DNA of 64,000 bases from Octopus sinensis (GCF_006345805.1 NC_043002.1:97588001-97652000), one strand, 5' to 3'; shown: positions 1 to 13,241, counted from the stretch's first letter. Notes: generated by a model from the letters alone, not told the origin. Program-made: numbers and translations.

Positions 1-444
1 CAAGGACAATTAATTTTATGTTTCACTGAAGAGGTCTAATTAAATGCGAGCATGTATTGAGTTGCCTCCCGTACTTACTTAAGAGATTAAAAGTTAAAAT
101 AAGATTAGAGTTTATATTGTCTTTCCTTCACTGCATATGTACTCTTTGAATTTCATTTCATTAAATATATTTACATTATCTTAACTATTGCTTTTATGGA
201 GTCCCTGAAAAATCTACGTCAGTGATATATTTTTTTAATATATTGTCACTGACTCAAAGGCACTAGATTAAAAAGGCTTCTTTTTTGCAGAAGAGTGTTG
301 CCTTCGCTACATTCCAGAGAATGCTTATCTTTTACTCCCCTCTGGATGCAAACATTTACAAGTGACCATTGTCTAGTCTAGCTGATGCATAATGAAGCTA
401 ATGTACCCCTTTTATTTCCAGCACATAACATTTCGTGCTCCCCG

Positions 445-645
445 AATATTGGCACGTGATCAGCAATTCCAAGAGTGGAGTCAAGTCGATTAGATTGACC
501 CCAGTATTCAACTGGTACTTATTTTATCGACCCCGAAAGGATGTAAGGCAAAGCCGACATCGGCAGAATTTGAACTCAGAACATAAAGAGAGACGAAATG
601 CCGCTAAGCATTTGGCCCGACGTTCTTACGATTCTGTCAGCTCAC
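445..645 (-). mobile_element. Degenerate SINE, family B (tRNA-like head + GCCTTTCATCCTTTCGGGGTCGATAAA central domain)
   Basis: Diverged match to copies at 4252-4457 and 62692-62902 (ACTGGTACTT..TATCGACCCCGAAAGGATG..AGGCAAAG..GAATTTGAACTCAGAAC). Confidence 0.75.
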
Positions 646-2530
646 CATCTTATGTTGCGCGAATACTGGTGCTTCATATCAGTTAATAGATCTGAACACT
701 GCTATTTCTGTGATAAATACACCTAGCAGCAAATACACTTCAGCTTTGATCTTGCAAAGATCTAAGTGGATATCTGATGACATTCTCCTAGGTGTATCCT
801 CCACAGCGTCCGCACAGCCAAAAGCTCATAATCCGAAATGTGGCTCGCTCATATCTATGCTACAACAAGCAGTGCAGATAAGGTACACCTACAACCGCAC
901 TCGGAGTTATCATCCTCCACCAACAACTAAACAGTGTTGTATCTCTAATGCATTGTGTTAATGACGACCATAAGAAAATCAAAGACTGTCTCTGTGCATT
1001 GCATACCCTCCTTGCTTTCTCCTCCAAAATCATAGAAGCATCTCAGTTCTTTCCTAGACTCTTCCTACTTACTACTCCTTGATCAAGATCGAGCTGTAGA
1101 TAGCACACCTATTGTTAAAGATATCACATGTGATGGGCCGTTCATTTTTTTTTCCTATCCATGTGTACAACAAAATTCAACACAAACTCTCTTTTTTGCC
1201 TTCACATAGAGCCAGGTGTTAATATCTATTTGGCAACGGGCCAACGAGTTGAGTCTAATGAAATAGCAGCCGATTTTCCCTCATATCACTTCTACCATCT
1301 GAAGAATGAATAGCTCAATGGATAACGATCTAATTCTTCACTTAGAAGCCTGGAAAAGACGGATATTATCCGCAACAAACTTAAACACTTCAAACCAGAC
1401 ATCCACTCAAGTAGAAAACATTCCCCAATTGGAGAAATGCAACGTACTTTTGCCCAAAGCATATTGATACAACCCCGCACATATCAAGGAAATAATTTTC
1501 AAGATACATTCACTCTCTATGTACAAGACACAAAGCTATCAATGTTGCTTAAATTCCAAACCTCGTAAAAGAAAGCAGCAAGAATATAAAGTTTCATCTG
1601 TGGATGAATAAAAGCAATATTTAGGCAGGCATTTGAATAACAAAGGAGATCATAAAAGTGACTCAGACTGGATATAAAAGTTGCGAGTACAATTTCAAAT
1701 CTCAACAAAATAAAGCCACATAGATTTACGCAAACACATACGAATATGCACACATGCACACACCAATGAACGAGCACTCACAAACGTACACACACACACA
1801 CACACGATCTTTCTCTCTTCCCCACTCACATGCATTCTTTCACATCCATACAAGTACATTAATACAGAACTAAAAACAAAAACAGCTGCACCTGAAGCTG
1901 TCTATCTAAGAGTGAAAAGAGGGCATGCCATTGGTGATGTCGCGAATGCCGAAGAAAGGACCTCGACAGACATAACTGATTGATTAATTGCATGATTAAC
2001 CAAACACTCAATTAGATAATTTAGCTCAATAGTTAACCAATTGATGAATAATAAAGAAGGGAAAGAGAACCAATGGGTGTGTTTATTATTGGCATAATGA
2101 CCCTCTCGAGATACAATAAAATATTAATGAGAGTTAAGAGTATACCAAATTAAAATGTCACAGAGCCAGATCTACTTCTGGCTTAAAATCTTTGTGACTA
2201 TGAACTAACACTTACCAAAATATATTGCTAAAGCTTTTAATGAAATTTCAATTTCATAAGAGACAAAAAAAGTTGTTGTTATGGAAACAGAGAAGGCAAA
2301 AGAAAACGGAGTTTTTGCTGCTTCTGTGAAAGTTACTGTCAGGTTGATAGCTTCTTCGATATACTAAGGAACAGAATAAAGAATAGAAGCGATGTTAAAA
2401 CGATCCTCTGTTATAGATTAACAAAATAATATTTCAAATCTGGGTGAATAGGAAATCGAACCGACCAACGGAATTAATGAACAAAAAACCAAGAGCGCTC
2501 AGAGAACGCAAACCTCCGTCAAGACACCAG

Positions 2531-2993
2531 TGGAGGTGCAATGGCCCAGTGGTTAGGGCAGCGCACTCGCGGTCGTAAGAACGCAGTTTCGATTGCCAGA
2601 CCGGGAATTGTGAGTGTTTATTGAGCAAAAACACCTAAGCTCCACGAGTCTCCGGCAGGGGGGCGGTGGGGAACCCCGCTGTACTCTTTCGCCACAACTT
2701 TCTCCCACTCTTACTTCCTACTTCTGCTACAAAGCAGAAGAACTATGGTGTGGTAAACTTTCAGACCCTAGTCTAGATTGCGAATTCTCTGTACCCCAGG
2801 ATGGTTCAGCTCTCCACCCGTTACAAGCCACCGTTTACGGAATGAGGATAACAACGTAGCTTTCGCGCCCGTGCAACCGCCAGTCTATCACGTGTGGCGG
2901 GTAGATCTTCAAGTTGCCACACGCATTCTTAGTAGCTTATAGTAGGATCGAATTAGAGATTACTCTTTATGGCTAATGGCGTGAGTCCTGATT
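2531..2993 (+). mobile_element. SINE family C (tRNA-Arg-like head), tail type 3, followed by (GAA)n
   Basis: Head GGAGGTGCAATGGCCCAGTGGTTAGGGCAGCG..; tail to 2857 shared with 62225-62564. Confidence 0.85.
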
Positions 2994-3139
2994 GGAAGAA
3001 GAAGAAGAAGAAGAAGAAGAAGAAGAAGAGAAGAAGAAGAAGAGAAGAAGAAGAAGAAGAAGAGAAGAAGAAGGAGGAGGAGGAGGCGGAGAAGAAGAAG
3101 AAGAAGAAGAAGAAGAAGAAGAAGAAGAAGAAGAAGAAG
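2994..3139. repeat. (GAA)n/(GGA)n microsatellite
   Basis: Seen directly; explains the poly-E/K ORFs. Confidence 0.98.
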
Positions 3140-3597
3140 ATACTAACGTCCTCTCAACGATTAGCTGGAGAGGATTTTTTAAGATGAGAATATCTGAAAT
3201 AAACTCGATTGCTCTCACAAACGAGAATATTAAAAATGAACCCGACCGCTCTCAAAAGTTAAGTAAAAAAGAACTGAAAAATAATCCAGAATCCTTGTCC
3301 GGTACTGGATCGATACCAAAATCTAATCAGCTCGTGCCAGTCCCGAGTCCAAACATCCCTGAAAGTTTAATCCGAATCCATCCAGCGGTTCTTGAGATAT
3401 CTTATCCACAGACAAACAAACAAACAAACACGACTGAAAATAATACCCCCGCCTTAGCGAAGGCGGTGGTAAAAAAAAAAACGAAAGGCTTATGACGACT
3501 CGTTTTTAGATTCTGTGAGAATACCTGGAAATATTTCGGCACCCATGACGAAATACAAATGTTCCTTTATACGTGGGAACAGTTGTTGACGTACCAC

Positions 3598-3632
<35 letters not shown>

Positions 3633-3659
3633 GGTGGTGGTGGTGGAAGCAGCAGCAGC

Positions 3660-3697
<38 letters not shown>

Positions 3698-3828
3698 CAG
3701 CAGCAGCAGTAGTAGTAGTAGTAGTAATAGTAGTAGCAGTAGTAGTAGCAGCAGCAGCAGTAGTAGTAGTAGTAGTAATAGTAGTAGCAGTAGCAGCAGC
3801 AGCAGCAATGGGGCGGCGGCGGCGGCGG
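3598..3828. repeat. Compound (GTA)n/(GTG)n/(GCA)n/(GGC)n microsatellite
   Basis: Seen directly. Confidence 0.98.
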
Positions 3829-4080
3829 CTACGGTGACCTCTATAGTTAAAAATCAATAGCACCGTAGTATTATTTTAAATTTATTAAAAATAAATGTAG
3901 TTGTATTGTTAGCTCCAAAGTTAATGGGCTCGAAGCAGTGGCCAAAAGCTGTCTTCATTCGACTCCGTAAGTTATTGATTTTTTTTTTCTCCTCTCAAAA
4001 TCATTTAATTTCAAAGCGTAGAAAAATAATGCAATTTTAATGAAGTATTTGTTTTCGTCTGAATTGAAAAACAGTTTGAA

Positions 4081-4174
4081 TAGAAAACCAACAGTTGACT
4101 TCTGAGTCGATAAAGAGTTGACCAACGAGTTTAGGGAGTCAGTCTCCAACACTGGCTCATTATTTTCTCCATAG
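4081..4174 (-). pseudogene. Candidate exon relic resembling protein kinase subdomain XI
   Basis: Acceptor TTTCCTTATTTCAG then MEKIMSQCWRLTP*TRWSTLYRLRSQL; resembles MxxCWxxxPxxR; in-frame TAA at 4131-4133. Confidence 0.3.
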
Positions 4175-4251
4175 CTGAAATAAGGAAATATTGCTCTCTG
4201 CAATACAATATTATGAAGTGAGTTATAAGCAGTGAATTACAATGTATAAAT

Positions 4252-4457
4252 CTTTTCTACTCTAGGCACAAGGCCCGAAATTTCTGGGGAGGATGCCAGT
4301 CGATTAGATCAACCTCAGTATGCAACTGGTACTTAATTTATCGACCCCGAAAGGATGAAAGGCAAAGTCGACCTCGGCGGAATTTGAACTCAGAACGTAA
4401 AGACAGACGAAATACCGCTAAGCATCTCGCCCGGCGTGCTAACGATTCTGCCAGCTC
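4252..4457 (-). mobile_element. SINE family B, tail type 2 (..GGCCTTGTGCCTAGAGTAGAAAAGA)
   Basis: Near-identical to 62692-62902 and 51114-51325. Confidence 0.9.
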
Positions 4458-5552
4458 AAATGACGTGTATCGCATTGGTTTGTAGTTTACTTGGAATATC
4501 AGACCGAAGGGAGAGTTTATTGAAGTGAGGAATATTTATTATCAATTTTTCAAGGAGTTTCTCTTGGAAATAACAAATAATCGACTCGTTTATGGCTTTC
4601 ACTTGTTTTAGTCATTGGATTGCGGCCATGCTGGTGCACCGCGTTAGAGGATTTAGTCGAACAATTCGACACAGTACTTATTCTTTAAAGTTTGGTGCTT
4701 TCTTATCGATCTCTTTCGCCGAAACGCTAGATTCCCGGGACGTAAACAAACCAATACAGGTTGTCAAGCGGTAGCGGGATACAGACACAAATACATACAT
4801 GTGTGTGTGTGTGTGTGTGTGCGTGCGCGTGCGCGCGTGATAGAACAAACAATAGAGAGGGAAACAACAGGTATCTGTTGAGATTATGACACATTTATAC
4901 AGTATATAAGGAGTATAAATACCAGGTCAGTAAAAGTTCCACTTTGGGAAGTTCTTAATAGTTGAATGTAATTAGGTAGACACCAGGAAGCACCAGAAGG
5001 AAAATCTGTGGAGTTGATATGAAATAGTTGTTAGATTAAGTAGATTACAGTTATGATATGTAAGATTATTTAAACTGGAAGAAACTGCGTAGATTCACCC
5101 TAACAGCTGTTTCAAGATTAGTTGCGTAATCGTTTTCTTCTATTATAAATAATTCAGTTTGACCAGTACATCACCTATAGCGTGTCTTCATTTAAGCAAT
5201 TATCACGTCTAGGCATTTAAAGTTAGAGTTTAGGCACAAATCCGACTTGAACACTAATGGCATGTACCTATTAACTTACGTCATTTTCGCGTCGTATTAC
5301 CCACAATACAGTAATTTGTTTCCCTAATGATCCATTGCTGTTAGGCATACAAATACATTTGAAGAATCCAATGTTGAGTTCCAAACAGCTGCAATCGTGA
5401 AAATTACGTAGGAATTGAATATTTGTATTGGAGGTTATCTTAATCTCCTAATATATTATTTTATTATTTTATCTAGTTTCAGCTCACGAGCTGTGGCCAT
5501 GCTGGGACACCGCCATTTTATATATATATACTCTTTTATATATATATATACT

Positions 5553-5956
5553 CTTTTACTCTTTTGCTTGTTTCAGTCATTTGACTGCGGTCATGCTGGA
5601 GCACCGCCTTTAATCGAGCAAATCGACTCCAGGACTTATTCTTTGTAAGCCTAGTACTTATTCTATCGGTCTCTTTTGCCGAACCGCTGAGTTACGGAGA
5701 CGTAAACACACCAGCATCGGTTGTCAAGCGATGTTGGGGGCACAAACACAGACACACAAACATATACATACACATATATACATACATATATACGACGGGC
5801 TTCTTTCTGTTTCCGTCTACCAAATCCACTCACAAGGCTTTAGTCGGCCCGAGGCTATAGAAGAAGACACTTGCTCAAGGTGCCACACAGTGGGACTGGA
5901 CCCTCAGAACCATGTGTTTGGTAAGCAAGCTACTTACCACATAGCCACTCCTGCGC

Positions 5957-5958
<2 letters not shown>
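5553..5958 (-). mobile_element. SINE family A (tRNA-derived, internal TA/TG microsatellite)
   Basis: Reverse complement of full copies at 42114-42540 and 60311-60826; a further tail piece lies at 4590-4790. Confidence 0.9.
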
Positions 5959-6006
<48 letters not shown>

Positions 6007-6949
6007 GCGACGCATTTCCGCACAGTGTCCATCAACCATACTCAATTACAATGCATTGGTCCGTTCGGGCTATAGTAGAAATAGTAGAGGACACTTTCCC
6101 AAAGTGGTGGGTAGTCGAACAGAACTGGAAGCCACATGACAGCTAATCGAGTTTCTATCCTGATGAATGAAATGTTGAAATGTTCACATTCATCCACAGT
6201 GTCCAGGTAGCTTGAATACAGATGAATATTATAATAGGAAGAATTAAGACTTTTGTCATTGTCTTCTACTTTTCAAACGCATGCAGTGTAAGGCAATCCG
6301 TATACTTTGTAATTGTTTTCAATAGCAGTTGTCACTATTTCCGGTTTAGTTTCGAATTGAAAATCTTTATAAAATATTCTTTGGCTTTTCCTAATTTTTC
6401 ATTTGCTCCCTTTATTTTGGAGAAAAGGAATATTTTTTTTTATTTTCTCGTCACACGGATCTCTTCATGGAATATGTACAGACTTGTGTACAAAATGGGT
6501 CGAGAGACGAGATGTAGTCGTAACATATGTAAACAGTTACTTATAAGGAAGTATATAGTAGTAAGTATGAAACTGTTTAAGTCAAAGAAAATTGATTTCA
6601 ACTCAGTGAATATTTGATACACATATCAGATGGTAAAAGATAGTGAGTACATACAGAAAATACCGTTGAAGCCGTAACAGTGGTGAAAGGATCAAAACGA
6701 TGATATGAACAGATAGTACAGGCATCGTAAAAGGATGGGCGAGGAAGAAGGAATGGGTGAGGAGATAAAAGTCAGTATAGATGCGGAAAGCTCATAAAAT
6801 ATCATTCGAAGTGATAATAGAGTCAACACCTCGCGGAATAACCAGCAAAACGAATTATAACACGTAAAGCGATAAACTCTATTAATAAAGTATGCGACTG
6901 GTTATCTTAGTGCTTTATTGAAAGAGTGCTTTATCGAAAGTGGTCTCCT

Positions 6950-7255
<306 letters not shown>

Positions 7256-7301
7256 GCTGTCAGGTTATCCCTTTGTATTCTGTATTTTTATGCTATATAT
7301 A

Positions 7302-8615
7302 TCAGGTCATGCCATAAGTTCTGTCCGAATTTTGAATAAAGAAAACAAGTGATCAAATGTTATATTTAATTGAAATTTAATCATCAATGTACTTTCCCTG
7401 ATTATCTATGACTTCCATCCATCTATTTACAAGCTTTTTAATCCTATCAACGTAAAACTCTTTTGGTTTCAAAGCTAAGAACTTTGAAATTTCAGTTTCG
7501 ACCTCCTCCGGGCTCGCGAAAGTTATGTCCCCCAAATGATTCTGTAAACTACGAAACAAATGGTAGTCTGAAGGAGCAAGGTCGGGAGAATAAGGTGGAT
7601 GAGAAATTTTTTCCCAACCAAGTTCTTCGATCTTCTGTGATGTGATCTTTGCAGTGTGGGGTCGCGCATTGTCGTGATGAAACATCACACCTTTTCGATT
7701 CATTAAAGCGGGTCATCACACCTTTCCGATTCATTAAAGCGGGTCATCTTTCTTCTAAGCTTGGTTCAAATGCTCTAATTGCTGACAGTAGACTTGAGCA
7801 TTGATTGTTGCATTAGGTGGTAACAATTCAAAGTGAATTACTCTAACTAGATAGAGAGAAGAACCTTTTTCCCATAAAGTCCCTTATCGGTTGTGGTTGA
7901 GCTTTTTCCCTTTTACCAAACCACTGATTACGACGTTTAACATCTCGATAGAAGATCCATTTTTCGTCACCAGTCACAAGTCTATCCAAAAAGGGTGAAA
8001 TGAGTTCGAGAGAATGGAGAGAAGAGCAGATGTCAACTCGGGATTTGCGGTTGCTTTCGGACAATTCATGAGGCACCCATTTTCCAAGTTTAGGAATCTT
8101 TCCAAGTTGTTGACGATGACGATGAACAGTTGCATGGTTTGAACTAAGTTTTATTGCCAATTCTTCAACTGATAACGCAGGATTTTCTTCAAGCAATGCC
8201 TCAAGGAGCTTATCATCAAACTCAACTGGATGTCCTGTTCGATCTTCATCTTCAAGGCTGAAATCTTCACTTCTGAATTTTGCAAACTATCTTCTGCAAG
8301 TTCTTTCATCCAAGCATTCTTTCCCATAAACTGAGTGTATGTTTCGAGACGCTTCGGCTGCAGAGTTTCTGTGTTTTTTTTTGTACTCATAAAGCGTTAT
8401 GTGCCTCAAATGCTCTTTGGATACTTCCATGTTAGAAAGGGGTTTTACTCAAAGAAATTTTAATTCTATTATTCTCTAAAATGATATTTAATTAGTTTAA
8501 ATGTACACAAATGCATAAAAATAATTTTTAATTCCATTAGACATTCTGAAATACTATTAAATTTCAATCAATTTCAAAATCGGTAAAATCGGACAGAACT
8601 TATGGGATGACTTGA
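7302..8615 (-). mobile_element. Full-length mariner transposon with frameshifted DD34D transposase
   Basis: TIRs TCAGGTCATGCCATAAGTTCTGTCCGA / TCGGACAGAACTTATGGGATGACTTGA, TA TSD; ATG at 8430 (MEVSKEHLRH), motifs WVPHEL, VTGDEKW, HHDNARPH, YSPDLAPSDY; stop at 7377. Confidence 0.97.
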
Positions 8616-8693
8616 TATACCCTTTAATCCTTTTATTTGTTTCAGACTGCTGCCATGCTGGAGCACCACCTTTATTAAATAAATAAATAAATA

Positions 8694-8748
<55 letters not shown>

Positions 8749-9064
8749 GTATGTATGTATACGTATATGTGTTTGTCTTTTGAATATATGCAAGGCAAGT
8801 ATGTGTGTGTGTGTGTGTGAAATCCAATTGTGTGAAATCTAAGTGTATATCAGCTCCTCTTGAATTTCTCTTACAGCCACTCATGACGCTGAGTGACTTG
8901 TCCTGGATGATCAAATCATTTGAGCACTACTACGTGTTTTCTGTACTGAGCATATCTGGCTCCCACCTACTGTCAGTACGTGTGTGTGTGCGTATGTGTT
9001 CAAGTATGTATGTATGCATGTATGTATGTATGTATGTATGTATGTATGTATGTATGTATGTATA

Positions 9065-9256
9065 GTGGGATCACCCCTTGAAAACTTTCGATAGTGATCG
9101 AATGAATGCGATGTACATTAGTCACTCCTGCCATCATATCGACATTGCCTGTACGGGTACATAAATGTGTCGAAATGATCGCAGAACAGCGTGAAATGAA
9201 GTGTTTTGCTCAAGAATACAATGCAACGCCTGGTCCGAGAATCGAACACACGATCT
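9065..9256 (-). mobile_element. SINE family D (tRNA head + CTTGAGCAAAACACTT domain), degenerate
   Basis: Reverse complement resembles 13240-13497. Confidence 0.65.
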
Positions 9257-9340
9257 AGTAAGCATGAGTGCAAAACCCTAAGTAAGCATGAGTGCAAAAG
9301 AAATGTAAGCATGAGTGCAAAACAAATGTAAGCTTAATGA

Positions 9341-9765
9341 GATATTGTTGTTTGGGACAGAGGGACAAATGTATATACCATCATAGAGGTTAGCTGCCCT
9401 GCAGATATAAATACCTCTTTGAAAATCAAAGAAAAGTGGGATATCTATGGACAACTGCTTCGAAAACTCCAGCTTCTATATCCAGAATATAAATTCATAT
9501 TCATACCAATAATAATTTGAGCACTAGGTTTTGTTAGTAAATGCTTAAAGGAGAATTTGGGTAAACTGAGATTTTCAGAAAGAGGAATTGACCGTCTAAT
9601 TCGTACATTACAAGTTCAATCTGTGAGTGGAACAGTAAAAATATGCAATACTTTCCTCAATTTCCGCATGTGAATTTGTCTGTGTTAATTACATCCCAAA
9701 GATGAAGCCTGGTATCTTTGTTGTAAACCAGCTCCCTCTTCAGTGGAAGATCTATAATAATAAAA
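9341..9765 (+). mobile_element. 3' end of an RLE-type (R4/Dong-like) non-LTR retrotransposon
   Basis: Translates DIVVWDREGQMYTIIEVSCPADINTSLKIKEKWDIYGQLLRKLQLLYPEYKFIFIPIII*ALG (restriction-like endonuclease end); 3' UTR ends in TAA repeats. Confidence 0.8.
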
Positions 9766-9925
9766 AAAATGGAAGAGACATACTTACATACATGATGTTG
9801 AAATTCTAATGAATCTTCGATCAAGGTTAGAAACCGGCTCGTTCTCTATTGGCAAAAAATCTTGAAATAAAACTGAACACTCACATACATACGTATGTGT
9901 GTATGTATGCATGTATATACCTGGT

Positions 9926-10280
9926 GGAGGCGCAATGGCCCAGTGGTTAGGGCAGCGGACTCGCGGTCGTAGGATCGTTGTGAGTGTTTATTGAGCGAAA
10001 ACACCTAAAAGTTCCACAAGGCTCCGGCAGGGGATGGTGGTGATCCCTGCTGTACTCTTTCACCACAACTTTCTCTCACTCTTACTTCCTGTTTCTGTTG
10101 TACCTGTTTTTTCAAAGGGCCGGCCTTGTCTCTCTCTGTGTCACGCTGAATATCCCCGAGAACTACGTTAAGTGTACACGTGTCTGTGGAGTGCTCAGCC
10201 ACTTACACGTTAATTTCACGAGCAGGCTGTTCCGTTGATTCGGATCAACCGGAACCCTCGTCGTCGTAACCGACGGAGTG
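9926..10280 (+). mobile_element. SINE family C, tail type 1 (ends CGTAACCGACGGAGTG)
   Basis: Same head as 2531 and 12707; tail shared with 63593-63886 and 44612-44750. Confidence 0.9.
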
Positions 10281-11027
10281 TTTATATATCCATTATATAC
10301 ATACACCTGGCTGTGCGTGCATCGGTCTTGTAGCCCTTTTGTTTCATTATCTTTCCTTAAGTAATCAGATCTTTTCGCCTTTAATTATTCAACAAAAAAT
10401 ATATTAAGATACACCAAAATATTGATTTATGTCTCTAAGCAATCTCATTAGATCTTTCTTTTGCCATCTCCTTATACCAATTATCTCGCAGGGCAGGATG
10501 ACATATGATGTGTTTGTTTGGGTCGAGGAAACTTAGATTAATATTTATTCATCTCAGTGGGAACACGCTAGTTATTTATAAGGAATGTATTAAGTACGCA
10601 ACTGATAGTATTTATAGCATAGCATTATATAAATTTCTCATGTACACACACGCTCACATACACACACTGATACAGACAACACGCACATAGACATTTATGT
10701 ATACATATTCATGCAAATGTATACGTGTGTGTGTGTGTGCGTACGCATATGTGTAGTCGTGTATAAATGTGTGTGCGCGTTTGTGTCTTGTGTGTATGCG
10801 AAACCATATTGTTAGCAGGGTGTCGGCCGATCAATGTAAGAGCCGACAATTTGTATTCTGTCTCCATAGCAAGTGGTTCTGAACGTCCGCTTCAGAAGCT
10901 ATCATAAACTCCTAACAAAGGACACCTACTGGTGCACTTGGTGCGTCGTTAGTCGTTCGGAAAGTGAAGCTATCGTTGTAATACTTTACTATGGGATATT
11001 TCAAATATATATATAATGTATGTATTT

Positions 11028-11092
<65 letters not shown>

Positions 11093-11187
11093 ATATAATA
11101 TATATATATATATGTATGTATATATATATATATATAGGTTTGATGATGCAAGCAGGAAAGATAGAATTCAAAATATGATTATATATA

Positions 11188-12199
11188 CGCGGTGTAGTCA
11201 AATAGTATCCGACCTCGATTGTTTTGTTTTGTTTTGTTTTTTTGCATAAAATAATAATGCGTGGGCAAAATCCGCATGGCTGTTAGATTGCTGCGTCCTT
11301 CCTGAGCATGCGCAAAAAGTTTCGTGTCTGTAAGTGAAGAATGTGTTTGTGTTGTGTGATTTTTCTTCGTGAGTCAAGACGACCGAGCGCACTACTCAAA
11401 GATACTGTATCAAATTCTGCCAAAAACTTGGTGACACGCAAGCCCAGACTATCGAGAAGAATCAGAAAGCCTTTGGAGACGATGCTATGGGAAAGACACA
11501 AATAAAGGAGTGGTACAACCGGTTCAAAGATGGCCGTACCTCAGTGGACAGTGAGCCGCATTGTGGCAGACCATTGACTAGCAGAAACGACGAAATGATT
11601 GCGAAGACTCGAGGAATAGTCTACGAAGACAGTCGTCAGACTACTTTTATTTCTTTATTGCCCACATGGACTAAACATAGAGGGGACAAACAAGGACAGA
11701 CAAATGGATTAAGTCGATTACATCGACTCCAGTGCGTAACTGGTACTTATTTAATCGACACCGAAAGGATGAAAGGCAAAGTCGACCTCGGTGACTATTG
11801 CGAAGTTGGAATCAGCCATGGATCAGATCAGTTTGTTCATTCCTCCCACGTTGCCCAAACATTCCTCGTCAAGCAAAACACACCACTTGTTCATCAGGCT
11901 TCCTATTCACGAGATTTGGCTCCGTGTGACTTTTGGCTATTCCCAAAGCTAAAACTAGACACACTCAAAGGGAGAAGATTTGAGTCAACAGACGACATTA
12001 AGCTAAATTCGACGCCACAGCTCCACAGAATCCCAAAAATTGATGTCCAAAAATGTTTCCAGAAGTGGTAGGAACACTGGCAGAAGTGTGTAGACTCCCA
12101 AAGCTAGTCTTTTGAAGGAGACTAAATCAAAATAGTGACTTTTTTTTTAATATTACTTGTTTTTTGGCCAATGGTCGGATACTTTTTTACTACACCTCG
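11188..12199 (+). mobile_element. Internally deleted mariner, interrupted by a SINE B fragment (11645-11792, minus)
   Basis: TIRs CGCGGTGTAGTCAAATAGTATCCGACC / GGTCGGATACTTTTTTACTACACCTCG, TA flanks; WYNRFKDGRTSV and YSRDLAPCDFWLFPKLK motifs. Confidence 0.92.
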
Positions 12200-12617
12200 T
12201 ATATATATTTAGCAGAAGCAGCAGAGTGACTCAATGGCCGAGGGGTTTCGTGAATTAGCCCTTATCGAACTAATTATAAATCCTAGTAACTAGTTTGATA
12301 CGAACCAACGCACGAAACTTTAGGCCCTTGAGTCGCTTCATTGCTTCTGATAAATATTTATCAGACTAGTTTCTAGGATTTGAAGCCGGTAGTTTGTCTC
12401 ATGACTCGAGTTTCATACTACAGCGATCTTCAAGCTAGTTTTACGTTAAGATCGCAGTGATGCAAAATACGAGTCGGAAGACACTCTCAGCTTCCGCTTC
12501 ATGACTTTTCTCAAATTCCAAAGGAGATTTGTATCTTTGTTGGGAGCCGGCTTCCTCTTCAGTGGAAGATTTATAATAAGTAAAAAGTTGAACACACACA
12601 CACATATATATACATAT

Positions 12618-12683
<66 letters not shown>

Positions 12684-12706
12684 TGTGTGTGTCTGTGTGT
12701 GTCTGT

Positions 12707-13004
12707 AGAGGCGCAATGGCCTAGTGGTTAGGGCAGCGGACTCGCGGTCGCAGGATCGCGGTTTCGATTCCCAGACCGGGCGTTGTGAGTGTTTATTGAG
12801 CGAAAACACCTAAAAGCTCCACGAGGCTCCGGCAGGGGGGGGTGATCCCTGCTGTACTCTTTCACCACAACTTTCTCTCACTCTTTCTTCTGTTGGCCTG
12901 CTCGTTTAGCCAGCGGGGTGGCGTCATTCGAAGGCCAAAACAATGCGAACGCATTGTGACCAGCGATGTGTAACAACATATGATGGTCTGGTCGGTCACA
13001 GGAT

Positions 13005-13011
<7 letters not shown>
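12707..13011 (+). mobile_element. SINE family C, tail type 2 (ends GATCACGTGA then (TA)n)
   Basis: Head matches 9926 copy up to CTCTCACTCT, then an unrelated tail. Confidence 0.88.
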
Positions 13012-13052
<41 letters not shown>

Positions 13053-13175
13053 TGAACTTTACACCGTTAATCGGTTATATTTACATACCGAATTGGTGGT
13101 TTTTTTAAAAACCATTATAGAAATTATTTACTATTATTATTATTATATTATTATTATTATATATACATATATATA

Positions 13176-13239
<64 letters not shown>

Positions 13240-13241
<2 letters not shown>

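Larger units (their letters stand above)
2489..3470 (-). mobile_element. Helentron-associated non-autonomous element (HINE/DINE-1-like) hosting a SINE and (GAA)n
   Basis: Minus strand: 5' ACCACCGCCTTCGCTAAGGCGG hairpin then (GTTT)n; 3' GACGGAGGT subterminal inverted repeat plus GCGTTCTCTGAGCGC palindrome; both ends in T-runs, no TSD. Confidence 0.7.

Noticed and set aside
650-1720. Possible ancient LINE remnant
   Set aside because: No motif readable with confidence
2969-3863. Long low-complexity ORFs (poly-E/K/L/T/S)
   Set aside because: Translations of trinucleotide microsatellites and HINE sequence
6150-6210. CTGATGA followed by a hairpin
   Set aside because: GAAA core missing; at best a dead hammerhead
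9926-10000. tRNA-Arg-like sequences at SINE heads
   Set aside because: No complete cloverleaf; they continue into SINE bodies
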